Shown: one piece after another, positions 19,468 to 29,457 of the stretch | Numbering within the stretch: the first letter of the stretch is position 1 | Layout of the letters: the number at the start of each line of letters is the position of its first letter | From: Gammaproteobacteria bacterium | GTDB lineage: Bacteria > Pseudomonadota > Gammaproteobacteria > Eutrophobiales > Eutrophobiaceae | DNA length: 64,000 nucleotides | Direction: 5' to 3' | Assembly: GCA_965215365.1 (NCBI GenBank) | Contig: CBDCDS010000003.1 | Coordinates: 2,464,001-2,528,000 of the forward strand | Position numbers and translations under genes: made by a program | Notes under the pieces: generated by a model | What the model saw: the letters and a program-made list of their open reading frames with translations, nothing else | Told to the model about the DNA's origin: nothing | Databases searched by the model: none

Positions 19468-19543
19468 TGCCTGGCAAGTGTAGCACAAATTGGATAGTGC
19501 CTGCCAACATAAGATGAGTTTCAGGTGCAAACAATTCGCCCGC

Positions 19544-19556
19544 ATTGTGATCAGGA
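19544..19556. promoter_or_regulatory. putative GntR operator (ATTGTGATCAGGA)
   Basis: Partial match to the palindrome. Upstream of the permease. Confidence 0.45.
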
Positions 19557-19620
19557 CAAGAAAGTGTCACTATTCCGATTGTGAAAACCATACCAACATG
19601 GCACGAAGCTGTCAGACAAC

Positions 19621-21210
19621 ATGAAACCGTTTGTTAAAGGCGACTGGGAGGGCTTTTTTGCCTTTGGGCTGGATGCGCTGCTGGCGTTTATCCTGATGAG
19701 CAAGCTGTGCCTGGATTTTCTGGGTTTCTCCGCGGAGCTTTTTTACTACCGCATCCTGCCCGCCTCGGCCATTGGCCTGATCATCGGCAACGGCTTTTAT
19801 GCCTGGCAGGCCCTGCAACTGGCAAAACGGGAAAACCGTAATGATGTGTGCGCCATTCCCTACGGTACCAGCACCATTACCATCATCATTTACGTGTTCC
19901 TGGTCATGTTTCCAACCCAGCAAAAGGCCTTAGCCCTGGGGATGAGCAAGGAGACGGCCGACATCATTGCCTGGCATACCGGGCTGCTGGCCTGTATGGT
20001 GTCCGGCAGCATAGAATTCCTGGGCTCATTTGTGGTGCACCATATCCGTAAAGTGACGCCGCGGGCGGTCATGCTGGTCGCGATTGCCGGCACCGGTCTG
20101 GCCTTCATCAGTATGGATTATGTCTTTCGCACGTTCGCCTACCCGTTGATCGGGTTTACCTCGCTGGCGCTGATGTTGGTTTTTTACTTAGGTGGAGCAA
20201 AGTCAAAAGGCGGCATCCCAGGCGGTTTTATCATTCTGTCGGTGGGCGCCCTGATGGCCTGGGCGCTGTACTGGTTCGGGCTGCCCAGCGTAGTGCCGTC
20301 CACGGAATTTACCCTGCTCCATCTGGGGCTGCACCTGCCCAGCCTGGAAGTCATGCGGGTATTTGCGTCGGTGGAATTTATCGTTGAATTTCTGCCGGTG
20401 GTGATCCCGTTCGGCTTCATATTCCTCATCGGCTCGTTACAGAACATAGAAGCAGCGGCGGCGGCCGGCGATTCCTACCAGCCCAGGCCACTGTTGCTGA
20501 TGAACGGCGCCGGCAGCCTGGGCGCGGCCTGTTTTGGCTCGCCGTTTCCGACCTCTATCTTTCTCGGCCATCCGGGCTACAAGAAGATCGGCGCCCGGGC
20601 CGGTTACTCCACTATCAACGCCATAGTCTGGACACTGGTCTGCATCACCGGCACCTTGAGTGTTTTTACCTGGCTGATACCCATCGAGGCCTTAATGCCC
20701 ATTTTGATCTGGATCGGCGTGGTAGTCTGCGCGCAGAACTTCCAGGTGGCTGAAAAACGCCATATCCCCGCGGTAGTGCTGGGACTGACCCCGGCTATCG
20801 CAGGCTACGTCAGTCTGGCGGTCAAGCACACTATGTCAGTGGCGGAAAGCATCACCGGCGCGCAGTTGTATAACCAGGGTTTTATCGACAGCTTTACCAC
20901 GCTGCGCAGTTTTTATGCCGAGGGCATGTTTGCCCTGGGTCAAGGGTTCATTTATACCTGCATGGTGCTCGCCGGCATTACTTATTTTGTGATAGAAAAA
21001 CGCTTTACCGTTGCCGCGAACTGGTGTGTCGTAGGGGCGCTGCTGTCACTGATCGGTTTCACCCACAGCTACCTGTTCACCGCCGGCGACGTGATCGGAC
21101 AACTGGCATTACCGTTACCAATCTGGACCAAATGGACTACCGGCTATCTGGCCATGGCGATGGTGTTATATCTGGCCCCCTACTTCACCCGCAATGATAC
21201 GCCTCTTTAA
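19621..21210 (+). CDS. NCS2/AzgA-like nucleobase-type permease
   Basis: Polytopic membrane protein. GDWEGFFAFGLD, AIPYG, GSLQNIEAAAAAGDSY, FPTSIFLGHPGYK..GARAGYS. Confidence 0.78.
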   Translation: MKPFVKGDWEGFFAFGLDALLAFILMSKLCLDFLGFSAELFYYRILPASAIGLIIGNGFYAWQALQLAKRENRNDVCAIPYGTSTITIIIYVFLVMFPTQQKALALGMSKETADIIAWHTGLLACMVSGSIEFLGSFVVHHIRKVTPRAVMLVAIAGTGLAFISMDYVFRTFAYPLIGFTSLALMLVFYLGGAKSKGGIPGGFIILSVGALMAWALYWFGLPSVVPSTEFTLLHLGLHLPSLEVMRVFASVEFIVEFLPVVIPFGFIFLIGSLQNIEAAAAAGDSYQPRPLLLMNGAGSLGAACFGSPFPTSIFLGHPGYKKIGARAGYSTINAIVWTLVCITGTLSVFTWLIPIEALMPILIWIGVVVCAQNFQVAEKRHIPAVVLGLTPAIAGYVSLAVKHTMSVAESITGAQLYNQGFIDSFTTLRSFYAEGMFALGQGFIYTCMVLAGITYFVIEKRFTVAANWCVVGALLSLIGFTHSYLFTAGDVIGQLALPLPIWTKWTTGYLAMAMVLYLAPYFTRNDTPL

Positions 21211-21910
21211 TCCTTCTCAGTCTTGGCTGCATGTACAGGCCGTTGTCTTTGAGAAATTTTGCGGTACTGGTTATGTCGCTCCTGACAGCCTTGGCCACGC
21301 GCCCCTCGTCTCCGGCTTTCAAGGAGGCAATAATTTCTTCGTGATGCTCGCCGTCCCAAAGGTGTCTGGGAGATGCCAACGAGTAATAGGTAAACGGTCC
21401 GCACTGCAACCACAAACTCTCAATCATGGGCAGCAGTATGGTGGATTTTGAGTGGCGGTAGATAGCGAAGTGAAATTTGTAGTTCTCGTGCAACAGGTCT
21501 TTTCTGTCCCTGCCCCGCTGAACCACCTTGTAGATCTTTCTGTTAATACTCTCAATGCTGGTGATCAGACCCTTGTTCGCATGCGCGCAGGCGCGGCGGG
21601 TCGCTTCCATCTCAAGGCGGATGCGCCAGTGTATGATCTCGTCAAATTTCTCTTCGGTCATAGACGGAATCATCACCCAACGATTGGGCAACACTTCAAA
21701 AGCGCCTTCGGCAATAAGGCGGTTTACCGCGCCACGCACGGGGGTCAGACTGGTACCTAGCTGCTGCGCCAGACTGCGCAGGCTGACTTTTTCACCGGGA
21801 GTAAAAGTCCCGACCATAATGCTTTGCCGCAGCTCCTGGTAAACCAGTTCATGCACCGCTCTGCGGTTATCGTTTTCCCGACCCGGGCCGGGTTCAGTGT
21901 TCGCTACCAT
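21185..21910 (-). CDS. GntR-family (FCD domain) transcriptional regulator
   Basis: VYQELRQSIMVG..PGEKVSLRSLAQQLGTSLTPVRGAVNRL, NYKFHFAIY, HHEEII. Start taken at MVANTE. Confidence 0.92.
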   Translation of the reverse strand: MVANTEPGPGRENDNRRAVHELVYQELRQSIMVGTFTPGEKVSLRSLAQQLGTSLTPVRGAVNRLIAEGAFEVLPNRWVMIPSMTEEKFDEIIHWRIRLEMEATRRACAHANKGLITSIESINRKIYKVVQRGRDRKDLLHENYKFHFAIYRHSKSTILLPMIESLWLQCGPFTYYSLASPRHLWDGEHHEEIIASLKAGDEGRVAKAVRSDITSTAKFLKDNGLYMQPRLRRIKEAYHCG

Positions 21911-21939
21911 TCGTCTGCCCCCCCCTGCAGATATGCAGG

Positions 21940-22440
21940 CTAATACTCCCGATCCTCCGACACCAACAGGATTAAAATCAACAGGAATGAAGCCGCAAAA
22001 TAAAACGCCGGCTGTTGTGCATTCCAGGATTGTGATTGCCACATCAGGAACCATTCGCCGGCAATCGCGATGAAGCCGGTAAACCAGAGCAGAACGCCCA
22101 GGGTCAGCGCCAGCGCCGGCTTGGTTTTTTGCCTGTTAAACGTCGCCGCGTCGTGGCGCGCCTGCCAGAGTTCGAACGCACCCCAAAAGCCCAACACTGC
22201 AATGGCAAGTTCAACGGCAATAATCAGCCAGTAGGCCAAGTGGTGCAACCAGGGTGCGCGCAGGGCGCGCCAGGTGATATTGCTATCGGGAAACACCGTA
22301 TCCATCAGCAGCACATGGCGCACACCGGCGAAGTTGATCTGATAATCCAGCAGGTTATTTATGGCCACCAGTGCCGCAAACAACGCCGCCGACAACACTA
22401 GTAAAATTTTGCTGAGCCTTAATGCCGATATGTGTGTCAT
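21940..22440 (-). CDS. DUF2165-family small membrane protein
   Basis: NNLLDYQINF..HVLLMD, WRA, GEWFLMWQSQSWN. Confidence 0.85.
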   Translation of the reverse strand: MTHISALRLSKILLVLSAALFAALVAINNLLDYQINFAGVRHVLLMDTVFPDSNITWRALRAPWLHHLAYWLIIAVELAIAVLGFWGAFELWQARHDAATFNRQKTKPALALTLGVLLWFTGFIAIAGEWFLMWQSQSWNAQQPAFYFAASFLLILILLVSEDREY

Positions 22441-22451
22441 TGAATGAAAAG

Positions 22452-23231
22452 CTAATACTGGTAGATACCACCGTTTACGTGCAATGATTGACCGGTAATA
22501 TAGTCTGCGTCGGCGCTGCAGAAAAAACTGACGACGTTGGCGATGTCTTCCGGCAGGCCCAGTCGGCCCAAGGGAATATCTTCATTCCTTTGCTGCAGCC
22601 AGGAGCCTGCTTGCAGTCCGTCTCGCTGTTCTATCGCCCGCCCGGTCTGCTCCAGCATCGGAGTCAGCACATTGCCCGGACAGATGGTGTTGACACAGAT
22701 ATTGTGTTGTGCCAGTTCCGCCGCCAGTGAGCGGGTCAACCCTGCCACGCCTGACTTTGCGGCACAATAAGCGAGGTCCTCACCGTAAGCCACATGGCCC
22801 ATCATTGAGCCTAAATTGACGATCCGCCCCCAACCGGCCCGGATCAGGTGCGGCGCCACCGCTTGTGACATCAGCAAGGTGCCTTTCAACATCACGTCCA
22901 GGCTTAAATTCCAGGTCTCGGCAGCGGTGTCGAGCAATGGCGTACTTTTGTAGATGCCGGCATTGTTGACCAGTATCGCCGGCACCCCCAGTTCTGCCGT
23001 GATGGCGGCAACGCCCTCGGCGACGCCGGCGCGGTCGGTGACGTCGATGACGGCCGACGCGGCGCGGGCGCCGGTCTCCCGCAACGCCGCAGCGACACTT
23101 TCAGCCTGCTTGCCGTTCACGTCAATGACGGCAACCGCAGCGCCATCACGCGCAAGCCGCTGTGCAATGGCCGCGCCGATACCTTGGCCGGCGCCGGTGA
23201 CCAAAGCAGTCTTGTTTGTTAATCCCATCAT
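22452..23231 (-). CDS. short-chain dehydrogenase/reductase
   Basis: TGAGQGIG, LVNNAG, YCAAK, NTICPG. Confidence 0.9.
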   Translation of the reverse strand: MMGLTNKTALVTGAGQGIGAAIAQRLARDGAAVAVIDVNGKQAESVAAALRETGARAASAVIDVTDRAGVAEGVAAITAELGVPAILVNNAGIYKSTPLLDTAAETWNLSLDVMLKGTLLMSQAVAPHLIRAGWGRIVNLGSMMGHVAYGEDLAYCAAKSGVAGLTRSLAAELAQHNICVNTICPGNVLTPMLEQTGRAIEQRDGLQAGSWLQQRNEDIPLGRLGLPEDIANVVSFFCSADADYITGQSLHVNGGIYQY

Positions 23232-23286
23232 CAAGATACGCAAAAAACCAGCGCCGGGGCGCCGGTTTCAAGTCCACGGCAACTCG

Positions 23287-25689
23287 TTAGAAGCTGTAAG
23301 AAATACGGCCCATAATCTGTCGTGGCCGCACGAATTCTTCACTGGTCTGGGCAGTGGAGAAGTTGTTGGTCCAGCGTGAGTTGACGGCATCTTCATCGGT
23401 CAGGTTATAGACCAACAGACCTACGGTGATATTTTCATAGCTGGCAGGCGTCAGATAGACACTCAGGTTAAGCAGGTCATACGCTTTGGTAGTATCCAAC
23501 GAACGACTATTGTTGTCTGTTTCCGTGGTGGAAAACACGCGTGAAGCGAAGCTGTCCCGATGGATATACGACAACCTGGAATTGAACTCGCCCAACGCCG
23601 TGTTGACCGTGTAGTTCAAGGCTATGTTGGCAGTGAAGTCCGGGGCCTTGGGGAGAGGGTTGCCTCGGATGTTCTGGCCTAAAGCCGAGGTGCAATCTCT
23701 GAATTTTTGATTGTCCGCGGGTGCAAAGTTAACATTTTCTCCTCTCAAGAACCCGGGAACAGCGCAATCTCTCCATTTTGTTACATTATCCAAAGCATTT
23801 TGATCCGCAGTGATTTCGGTATCCAAGAGGGTGAATCCGGCATCCAGCGTAAAGTTTTCATTCAGCAGTGCCTGTAATTCCAGCTCCGCACCGAGCACTT
23901 CTGCTTCATTCAAATTACCGACACCGCCGGTAAACGTCTGATTACCACCAGAGGCAAGAAATTGCATCCCGCGGTAATCATAATAAAACGCAGCTACGCT
24001 TAAGTTCAGTCGATTGTCTATAAACTGCCCTTTGGCGCCGATCTCAAAAGCATCCACTTTTTCCGGCCCGGAAGCGTCTGTTATAAATTCATCATTAATA
24101 TCCCCGGTGAGATTGCCGGTGGCTGGCTTGAATCCACGAGTCCAGGAGAAATAAGCCATAAGGTCATCGGTCACATCATATTCCAGCCCGGCCTTGCCGG
24201 TGACCTCTTTACCTTTGCTGGGATCAAAAGAAGGGGTAGCTGGCGGCATAGCGGAGAAGCCGCCGTTGTATAATGTCAGGGTATCGTCTGTGTAACGCAC
24301 GCCACCGGTGAGACGCAAATTGTCCATCAGAGAGTAGGTGACCTGACCATAAAGAGACCAGGATTCCCGTTCTGAATACTGGTTGATGCAAAAATCGCGG
24401 TCGGCAATACGTTGCCCGGGGCCAAATCCACACTCTCCAGGCGACATATCCCCTCCTTTCCAGGTAGTCGCTCCCGGGTCATACATGCCATTACCGTTCA
24501 GATCGCGCACGGAGTCGTACCAAACCTCGTTTTCGGAGTACAGATAGAATCCGCCAACTACCCAGTCAACCCTGCCCTCGGTATTGGAGACAATGTTGAT
24601 TTCCTGCGTCCAGGTCTTGCTGTCACGCGTGGAGACGCTCTCTGCAGCTAACCCGGCAAACGGCAAATATCCATCCGCTTGATATGGCAGAGTGTCGTCG
24701 ATGCCATACGCTCCTTTATCCGCATCAAGATAGTTTGACTGATCGAATTCAAGATATCCGGTGATAGACTTCATTGTGACACTACCGGCATCATACTCTA
24801 GGGTCAAAGAGTACAGCTGACTCTCGGAGTCATAGTAACCGGGCACGTCCGAGGTGACATCCCGGCTGTCGCCGCTGGGGTCGTTTACGTGGCGTTGCGC
24901 GCGGTCACCCACGTCATTGATGGAGAATACCGTGGCACCGAAAATAGCGGAAAAATCATCGACAGGCTGCCATAGCAGCTTGCCCTGGAACTGGAAATTG
25001 TCCGCCTCATCAAGGTCGTAGCCGTCATTGACATTGCCGTTGATGTCCTCAGCTCCGCCGACAATCTCGGCGAAGCCGTTGTGGTTGAGATAGGTGACCG
25101 AGGCCCGGGCCGCCAGCGTCTCGCCCAGGGGCACGTTGATCGTAGCGCGCGGCTGCACCAGACTGTAGTTGCCAAAAGCAATATCAGCCTTGCCACTGAA
25201 CTCCCCCAGCTCCGGGATATTGTTCACCACGTTAATAGCGCCGCCGGTGGAGTTCTGCCCGAACAAGGTGCCTTGCGGGCCGCGCAAGACCTCAATACGG
25301 TTCACGTCGATAAACTCTAGGTTGGTGGCATTCGGGTCGGCGACAAACACCCCGTCAATATGGAATGCCACAGACGGATATGCATTAATGTTCTGGGTAG
25401 ACTCAAAACCGATGCCACGTATGGCCACCGCTCTGGAAAAACCCTCGTTCCTAGCAACCACCAGCCCCGGCGCCATGGCGCTCATGTCGGCCAGACTCCG
25501 AATGTTATCGTTATCGAGCGTCTCTGCCGTCAGTGCGGTAATGGAAATCGGCACATCCAACAGGGATTCTTCACGTTTCTGGGCGGTGACTACTATCTCT
25601 TCTATCCCGGCTTGAGCCAACAGCGCGCCGGGGGACATCAAAAAGGCCAGCAGGGCCAGGAACAATGGGGTTTTGGTTGAATATTGCAT
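23287..25689 (-). CDS. TonB-dependent receptor
   Basis: Signal peptide, IEEIVVTAQKREESL TonB box, RIEVLRGPQGTLFGQNSTGGAI plug motif, C-terminal aromatic YSF. Confidence 0.95.
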   Translation of the reverse strand: MQYSTKTPLFLALLAFLMSPGALLAQAGIEEIVVTAQKREESLLDVPISITALTAETLDNDNIRSLADMSAMAPGLVVARNEGFSRAVAIRGIGFESTQNINAYPSVAFHIDGVFVADPNATNLEFIDVNRIEVLRGPQGTLFGQNSTGGAINVVNNIPELGEFSGKADIAFGNYSLVQPRATINVPLGETLAARASVTYLNHNGFAEIVGGAEDINGNVNDGYDLDEADNFQFQGKLLWQPVDDFSAIFGATVFSINDVGDRAQRHVNDPSGDSRDVTSDVPGYYDSESQLYSLTLEYDAGSVTMKSITGYLEFDQSNYLDADKGAYGIDDTLPYQADGYLPFAGLAAESVSTRDSKTWTQEINIVSNTEGRVDWVVGGFYLYSENEVWYDSVRDLNGNGMYDPGATTWKGGDMSPGECGFGPGQRIADRDFCINQYSERESWSLYGQVTYSLMDNLRLTGGVRYTDDTLTLYNGGFSAMPPATPSFDPSKGKEVTGKAGLEYDVTDDLMAYFSWTRGFKPATGNLTGDINDEFITDASGPEKVDAFEIGAKGQFIDNRLNLSVAAFYYDYRGMQFLASGGNQTFTGGVGNLNEAEVLGAELELQALLNENFTLDAGFTLLDTEITADQNALDNVTKWRDCAVPGFLRGENVNFAPADNQKFRDCTSALGQNIRGNPLPKAPDFTANIALNYTVNTALGEFNSRLSYIHRDSFASRVFSTTETDNNSRSLDTTKAYDLLNLSVYLTPASYENITVGLLVYNLTDEDAVNSRWTNNFSTAQTSEEFVRPRQIMGRISYSF

Positions 25690-25811
25690 GGGGGGACCTC
25701 TTTCTCAGCACTGGTTAACGATTACACTGCCGCCTCGGATGAATTTTAAGGTCACCTCTATTACACGAGGCACCCTGAATCATAAACGCCGAGCAAACAG
25801 CCGTACCCGCC

Positions 25812-25840
25812 ATTGTGATCACATTTAGTGATTGTGTCAA
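25812..25840 (-). promoter_or_regulatory. sigma70-type promoter overlapped by a putative operator
   Basis: Minus strand TTGACA-17-CACAAT. The palindrome TTGTGATCACA overlaps the -10 element. Confidence 0.65.
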
Positions 25841-25913
25841 TAAAAAACATCAACCGGCAGTACAGTTGTGTCTAAAAAGCCACGAAAAGGCGTTATGGCA
25901 TGTCAGTCTCTTG

Positions 25914-26441
25914 CTAACCGACTTCCTCGTCGGAAAAACGCAGGCACAAAAATACGATGATCAACACCGTGGCGTAGTTCAGTGAGTCGCCCTGAAAAAA
26001 CAGCAGGTCTTCGTTTTTCCAAGACAGCAGCCAGTCGCCGCCGACGGTGAAAAAGATAAAGCAGTAAATAAACACACCAAACATACAGGCCAAGCAGGCA
26101 ATATGGCTGTATTGACGGAATTCGATAAAAGTACTGCGGCAGTGGCGCGCCATGCCTGCGACTGCATACGCGGCTATCAATCCCATACACAATTCCAGGC
26201 TGGTGACGAAACCGTAGGCCAGGTGTGCGAGAAATGTTATGTCGAGTGCCCGCCAACCCTGCGTAACGCCAGAGACATTATCGGTCATGGACAATAACGG
26301 CCACACCACCCGTTGCATGGTGTCATGCCAATGGGTGACATTGTTGATAAAGGCAAACAAGCCCAAGCAAGCGGGGATAAGCGCCAAACCTGTCTGCAGG
26401 AGCCGGTTGCAGTAAACGAGTCTGTTTTCAGCCATGGTCAA
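25914..26441 (-). CDS. DUF2165-like membrane protein (second paralog)
   Basis: FINNVTHW, WRAL, GGDWLLSWK. Same layout as 21940-22440. Confidence 0.7.
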   Translation of the reverse strand: MTMAENRLVYCNRLLQTGLALIPACLGLFAFINNVTHWHDTMQRVVWPLLSMTDNVSGVTQGWRALDITFLAHLAYGFVTSLELCMGLIAAYAVAGMARHCRSTFIEFRQYSHIACLACMFGVFIYCFIFFTVGGDWLLSWKNEDLLFFQGDSLNYATVLIIVFLCLRFSDEEVG

Positions 26442-26447
26442 ACTCCA

Positions 26448-26873
26448 TTATATTGATTTTTTACGAGAAATAACTTCCAGGGTAATGCCGTCAGGGTCGC
26501 GAAAAAAAAAGTAGAAGTAAGAGGGGTTGTTATCAAAAATTTCTGACAGGTTAACGACCCCGTGCGCAGCTAGGTGTTGGTGGAAAGCCTGTGGATCTGC
26601 CACCTCGAAGGCGATATGTTTGGTCCCCACGACCTGGAAATCAGTGAGGTTGTCTTTACAAAAATCCGGTAACGGCCGGGCCTGCTCATGGCAGAATAAT
26701 TCCAGGTAGTTGTCACCCTTGTTAATGAATACGATCTCCAGGGAGAGTTCCGGCACCGACACGCGGCTGGACTCCTTAAAGCCCAATACCCGCTCATAAA
26801 ATGCCATGGCGCGCGGCAGATTACTCACCGACAGGGCACCGTGGTGTAGTTTGAATGCCGGTAGTTCGCTCAT
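26448..26873 (-). CDS. VOC/glyoxalase family protein
   Basis: HHGALSVSNL..FYERVLGF, LELF, KHIAF, FFRDPDGITLE. Confidence 0.9.
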   Translation of the reverse strand: MSELPAFKLHHGALSVSNLPRAMAFYERVLGFKESSRVSVPELSLEIVFINKGDNYLELFCHEQARPLPDFCKDNLTDFQVVGTKHIAFEVADPQAFHQHLAAHGVVNLSEIFDNNPSYFYFFFRDPDGITLEVISRKKSI

Positions 26874-26880
26874 TAGGAGG

Positions 26881-28389
26881 TCAAACCAGCAGTTGGTACG
26901 GGTGTTCTACCCGTTCCTTGAAGAGCTGCAGAAAACGGGCGCCGGTGGCGCCGTCGATGACACGATGATCGCAGGACAAAGTGGCGGTGAGCAGGGTGGC
27001 GGTCAGGTCCCCGTCGGCGCTAAGGATGCGGCGTGGCTCGGCGGCGCCGACTGCGAGGATCGCAGCCTGCGGCGGATTGATGATCGCATCGAATGACTTG
27101 ATACCGAACATACCTAGGTTTGATACGGTGAAGGTGCCGCCTTCAAATTCTGCACGTGTCAACGACCTGGCCCTGGCGCGTTCACTCAACCCGGTTATTT
27201 CACGGGAAATCTCCAGCACACTTTTCTTGTTGGCCGCGCGCACAATCGGCGTCAACAACCCCTCGTCCAGGGCCACTGCGACGGCTACGTGGGCGTCGTG
27301 GTAACGGCGTATCACCTTGCCGTCAAACTGGACATTCATGGCCGGCGCTTTCACCAGCGTCATGGCGACCGCCTTGACCAGCAGATCGTTGATGGAAATT
27401 TTTCCGTGTGCTTCATCCCGATTCAGATCTGCGCGCAAGCTGAGCAGCGGGTCGATATTCACCTCCACCACCAGACGGAAATGCGGCGCAGTCTGTTTTG
27501 ATTCGGTCAGGCGCGCGGCAATGGCGCGCCGCATTGGTGTCAGCGGCTGCTCAGCAAAGGCGGCTTCGTAGTCCTCGGCAGATAACGCCTCGTCTGGCAT
27601 CGGCGGCGGCGCCGACGACCTGGCAGCGATGGCATTTTCCACATCGGATTTGGTCACGCGCCCGCGCGCACCGGTCGGCGTCACCCCGGCCAGGTCAAGG
27701 CCCGCTGCCGTTGCCAACCTGCGCGCCGATGGCGTGGTGCGGATGTGAGACTCGTCCGGCTTCTCTACCGGCGCAGCCGGAGGCGCGTCGGCAGCAGGCA
27801 ACTGCCCGCCGGCGGCCGTTAGCGCGCGTTCAACATCCTGTTTCGACACACGGCTGCGGCGGCCACTGCCGGCCACCTTGCTGAGGTTGATGCCAAGACG
27901 TGCGGCCAGTTTGCGGGCCAGATGGGTAGCCGGAATTTCAGTGTCATCGGCAGTGCCGCACAGGCTATCGGGAATGATGCCGGCCGCTGCAGACGCGCCT
28001 TGTTCCGCCTCAGTGGCTGCTTCCGAAGCAATCACATCCGCCGCCGGGGCAGCCCCCGGACTGGTGTCGGCAGCCTCCATCCCGCCATCCTGCGTCGGTA
28101 CAAAGCCGGCAATAAATTCTTCGATTTGCTGCCCGCCAACGGCCTCGTCGGCGAGCACGCACAACAAGGCGCCGACCGGCAAATCGACCTGCGGCGCGGC
28201 CAGTCCCCCCCGGATCACGCCGGCGCCGGGCGCTTCCAGCTCGGTGGTGAGCTTGCTGGTCTCGAGGTCGGCGATGATGTCGCCCGGTGCCACCCGGGTG
28301 CCGGTTGCCACGCGCCACTTCGCCACCATGCCCTCGGTCATGGACAAGCCCAGCTTGGGCATTACTATTGGTTGAATTATCTCAGCCAT
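26881..28389 (-). CDS. dihydrolipoamide acyltransferase E2 (AcoC-like) with two subunit-binding domains
   Basis: MPKLGLSMTEG, ETSK lipoyl site, two PSBD repeats, GTFTVSNLG, DHRVIDG. Confidence 0.92.
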   Translation of the reverse strand: MAEIIQPIVMPKLGLSMTEGMVAKWRVATGTRVAPGDIIADLETSKLTTELEAPGAGVIRGGLAAPQVDLPVGALLCVLADEAVGGQQIEEFIAGFVPTQDGGMEAADTSPGAAPAADVIASEAATEAEQGASAAAGIIPDSLCGTADDTEIPATHLARKLAARLGINLSKVAGSGRRSRVSKQDVERALTAAGGQLPAADAPPAAPVEKPDESHIRTTPSARRLATAAGLDLAGVTPTGARGRVTKSDVENAIAARSSAPPPMPDEALSAEDYEAAFAEQPLTPMRRAIAARLTESKQTAPHFRLVVEVNIDPLLSLRADLNRDEAHGKISINDLLVKAVAMTLVKAPAMNVQFDGKVIRRYHDAHVAVAVALDEGLLTPIVRAANKKSVLEISREITGLSERARARSLTRAEFEGGTFTVSNLGMFGIKSFDAIINPPQAAILAVGAAEPRRILSADGDLTATLLTATLSCDHRVIDGATGARFLQLFKERVEHPYQLLV

Positions 28390-28392
28390 GGC

Positions 28393-29400
28393 TCAGACTC
28401 CCAGCGCTTCTTTGATGCCTTGCTTGATCCGTTCCACACTCGGAATATAGAGCTCCTCCAGCACCGGCGCAAACGGTATCGTAGTATGCGGCGGCGTAAC
28501 CAGTTTGACCGGCGCGCGCAACGCCGACTGCGCCTGCACCGCCGCCAGGGCGGCAATATCCGCAGCAAAGCCGCAGCGCGGGTAGCCTTCATCGACCACC
28601 ACAAGATGACCGGTCTCGTCGATGGATTCACAGATGGACTCTTCATCCAGCGGCGAGGTGCAGCGCAGGTCGATGACGGTACAGTGAATATTCTCTGCCT
28701 GCAATTCGTCCGCGGCCTGATTGCACAGGTTGACCATGCGCCCCAGCGAGCAGACGGTAATGTCCTCACCATCCCGGCTGTAATGGGCCTCGCCCAGCGG
28801 GATGGTGTAACTTTCATCCGGCGCCTCGCCCCGGTCATCGTACATGAATTTGTGTTCCATATACATCACCGGGTCATCGTCGCGGATCGCCTCGATCAAC
28901 AGGCCTTTGGCTTCATAGGGGTTGGAGGGCATGACCACCTTAAGGCCGGGAATGTGGGTAAACAGGCCGTGCAAGGTCTGGCTGTGTTGGGCTGCGGCAT
29001 TGAAACCGCCGCCGCACTGCGTGCGTATTACCAGCGGCACTTTGGCCTGCCCGCCCAGCATATAGCGCAGCTTGGCGGCCTGATTCATGATCTGATCGAA
29101 ACAGACGCCGGCAAAGTCACAGAACATCAGTTCGGCCACCGGGCGCAGGCCGGTTGCGGCGGCGCCGATGGCGGCACCGATATAGGCGGTTTCACTGATG
29201 GGCGTATCGATAACCCGCCGGGCGCCAAACTCGCCCAGTAAACCCTTGGTGACACCCATGACACCGCCCCAGGCATCCTCTTCACCCTCACCGCCGGTGC
29301 CGCCGGCAATGTCTTCCCCGATCAGGAACACGTTCGGGTCGCGGCGCATTTCCATGCGTAACGCCTCATTGATGGCCTGGCGGAAGGACTTTTCGCTCAT
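28393..29400 (-). CDS. acoB: TPP-dependent acetoin/2-oxoacid dehydrogenase E1 beta
   Basis: DAWGGVMGVTKGL, DTPISE, AAQHSQ; acetoin-DH-like signature. Confidence 0.75.
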   Translation of the reverse strand: MSEKSFRQAINEALRMEMRRDPNVFLIGEDIAGGTGGEGEEDAWGGVMGVTKGLLGEFGARRVIDTPISETAYIGAAIGAAATGLRPVAELMFCDFAGVCFDQIMNQAAKLRYMLGGQAKVPLVIRTQCGGGFNAAAQHSQTLHGLFTHIPGLKVVMPSNPYEAKGLLIEAIRDDDPVMYMEHKFMYDDRGEAPDESYTIPLGEAHYSRDGEDITVCSLGRMVNLCNQAADELQAENIHCTVIDLRCTSPLDEESICESIDETGHLVVVDEGYPRCGFAADIAALAAVQAQSALRAPVKLVTPPHTTIPFAPVLEELYIPSVERIKQGIKEALGV

Positions 29401-29457
29401 GGTTGTCGGCTCATGGTGTCTGGCTCAGGGTTGCTCACTGTTACGGTGCGTGCGCGC

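Noticed and set aside
23460-24800. apparently lower GC in the 3' part of the first TonB receptor (mosaic gene)
   Set aside because: This is an impression by eye only. It needs a GC3 sliding window and paralog alignment.
29395-29436. three imperfect 14-bp repeats (GCTCATGG...) between acoA and acoB
   Set aside because: Too short and degenerate to support a claim.
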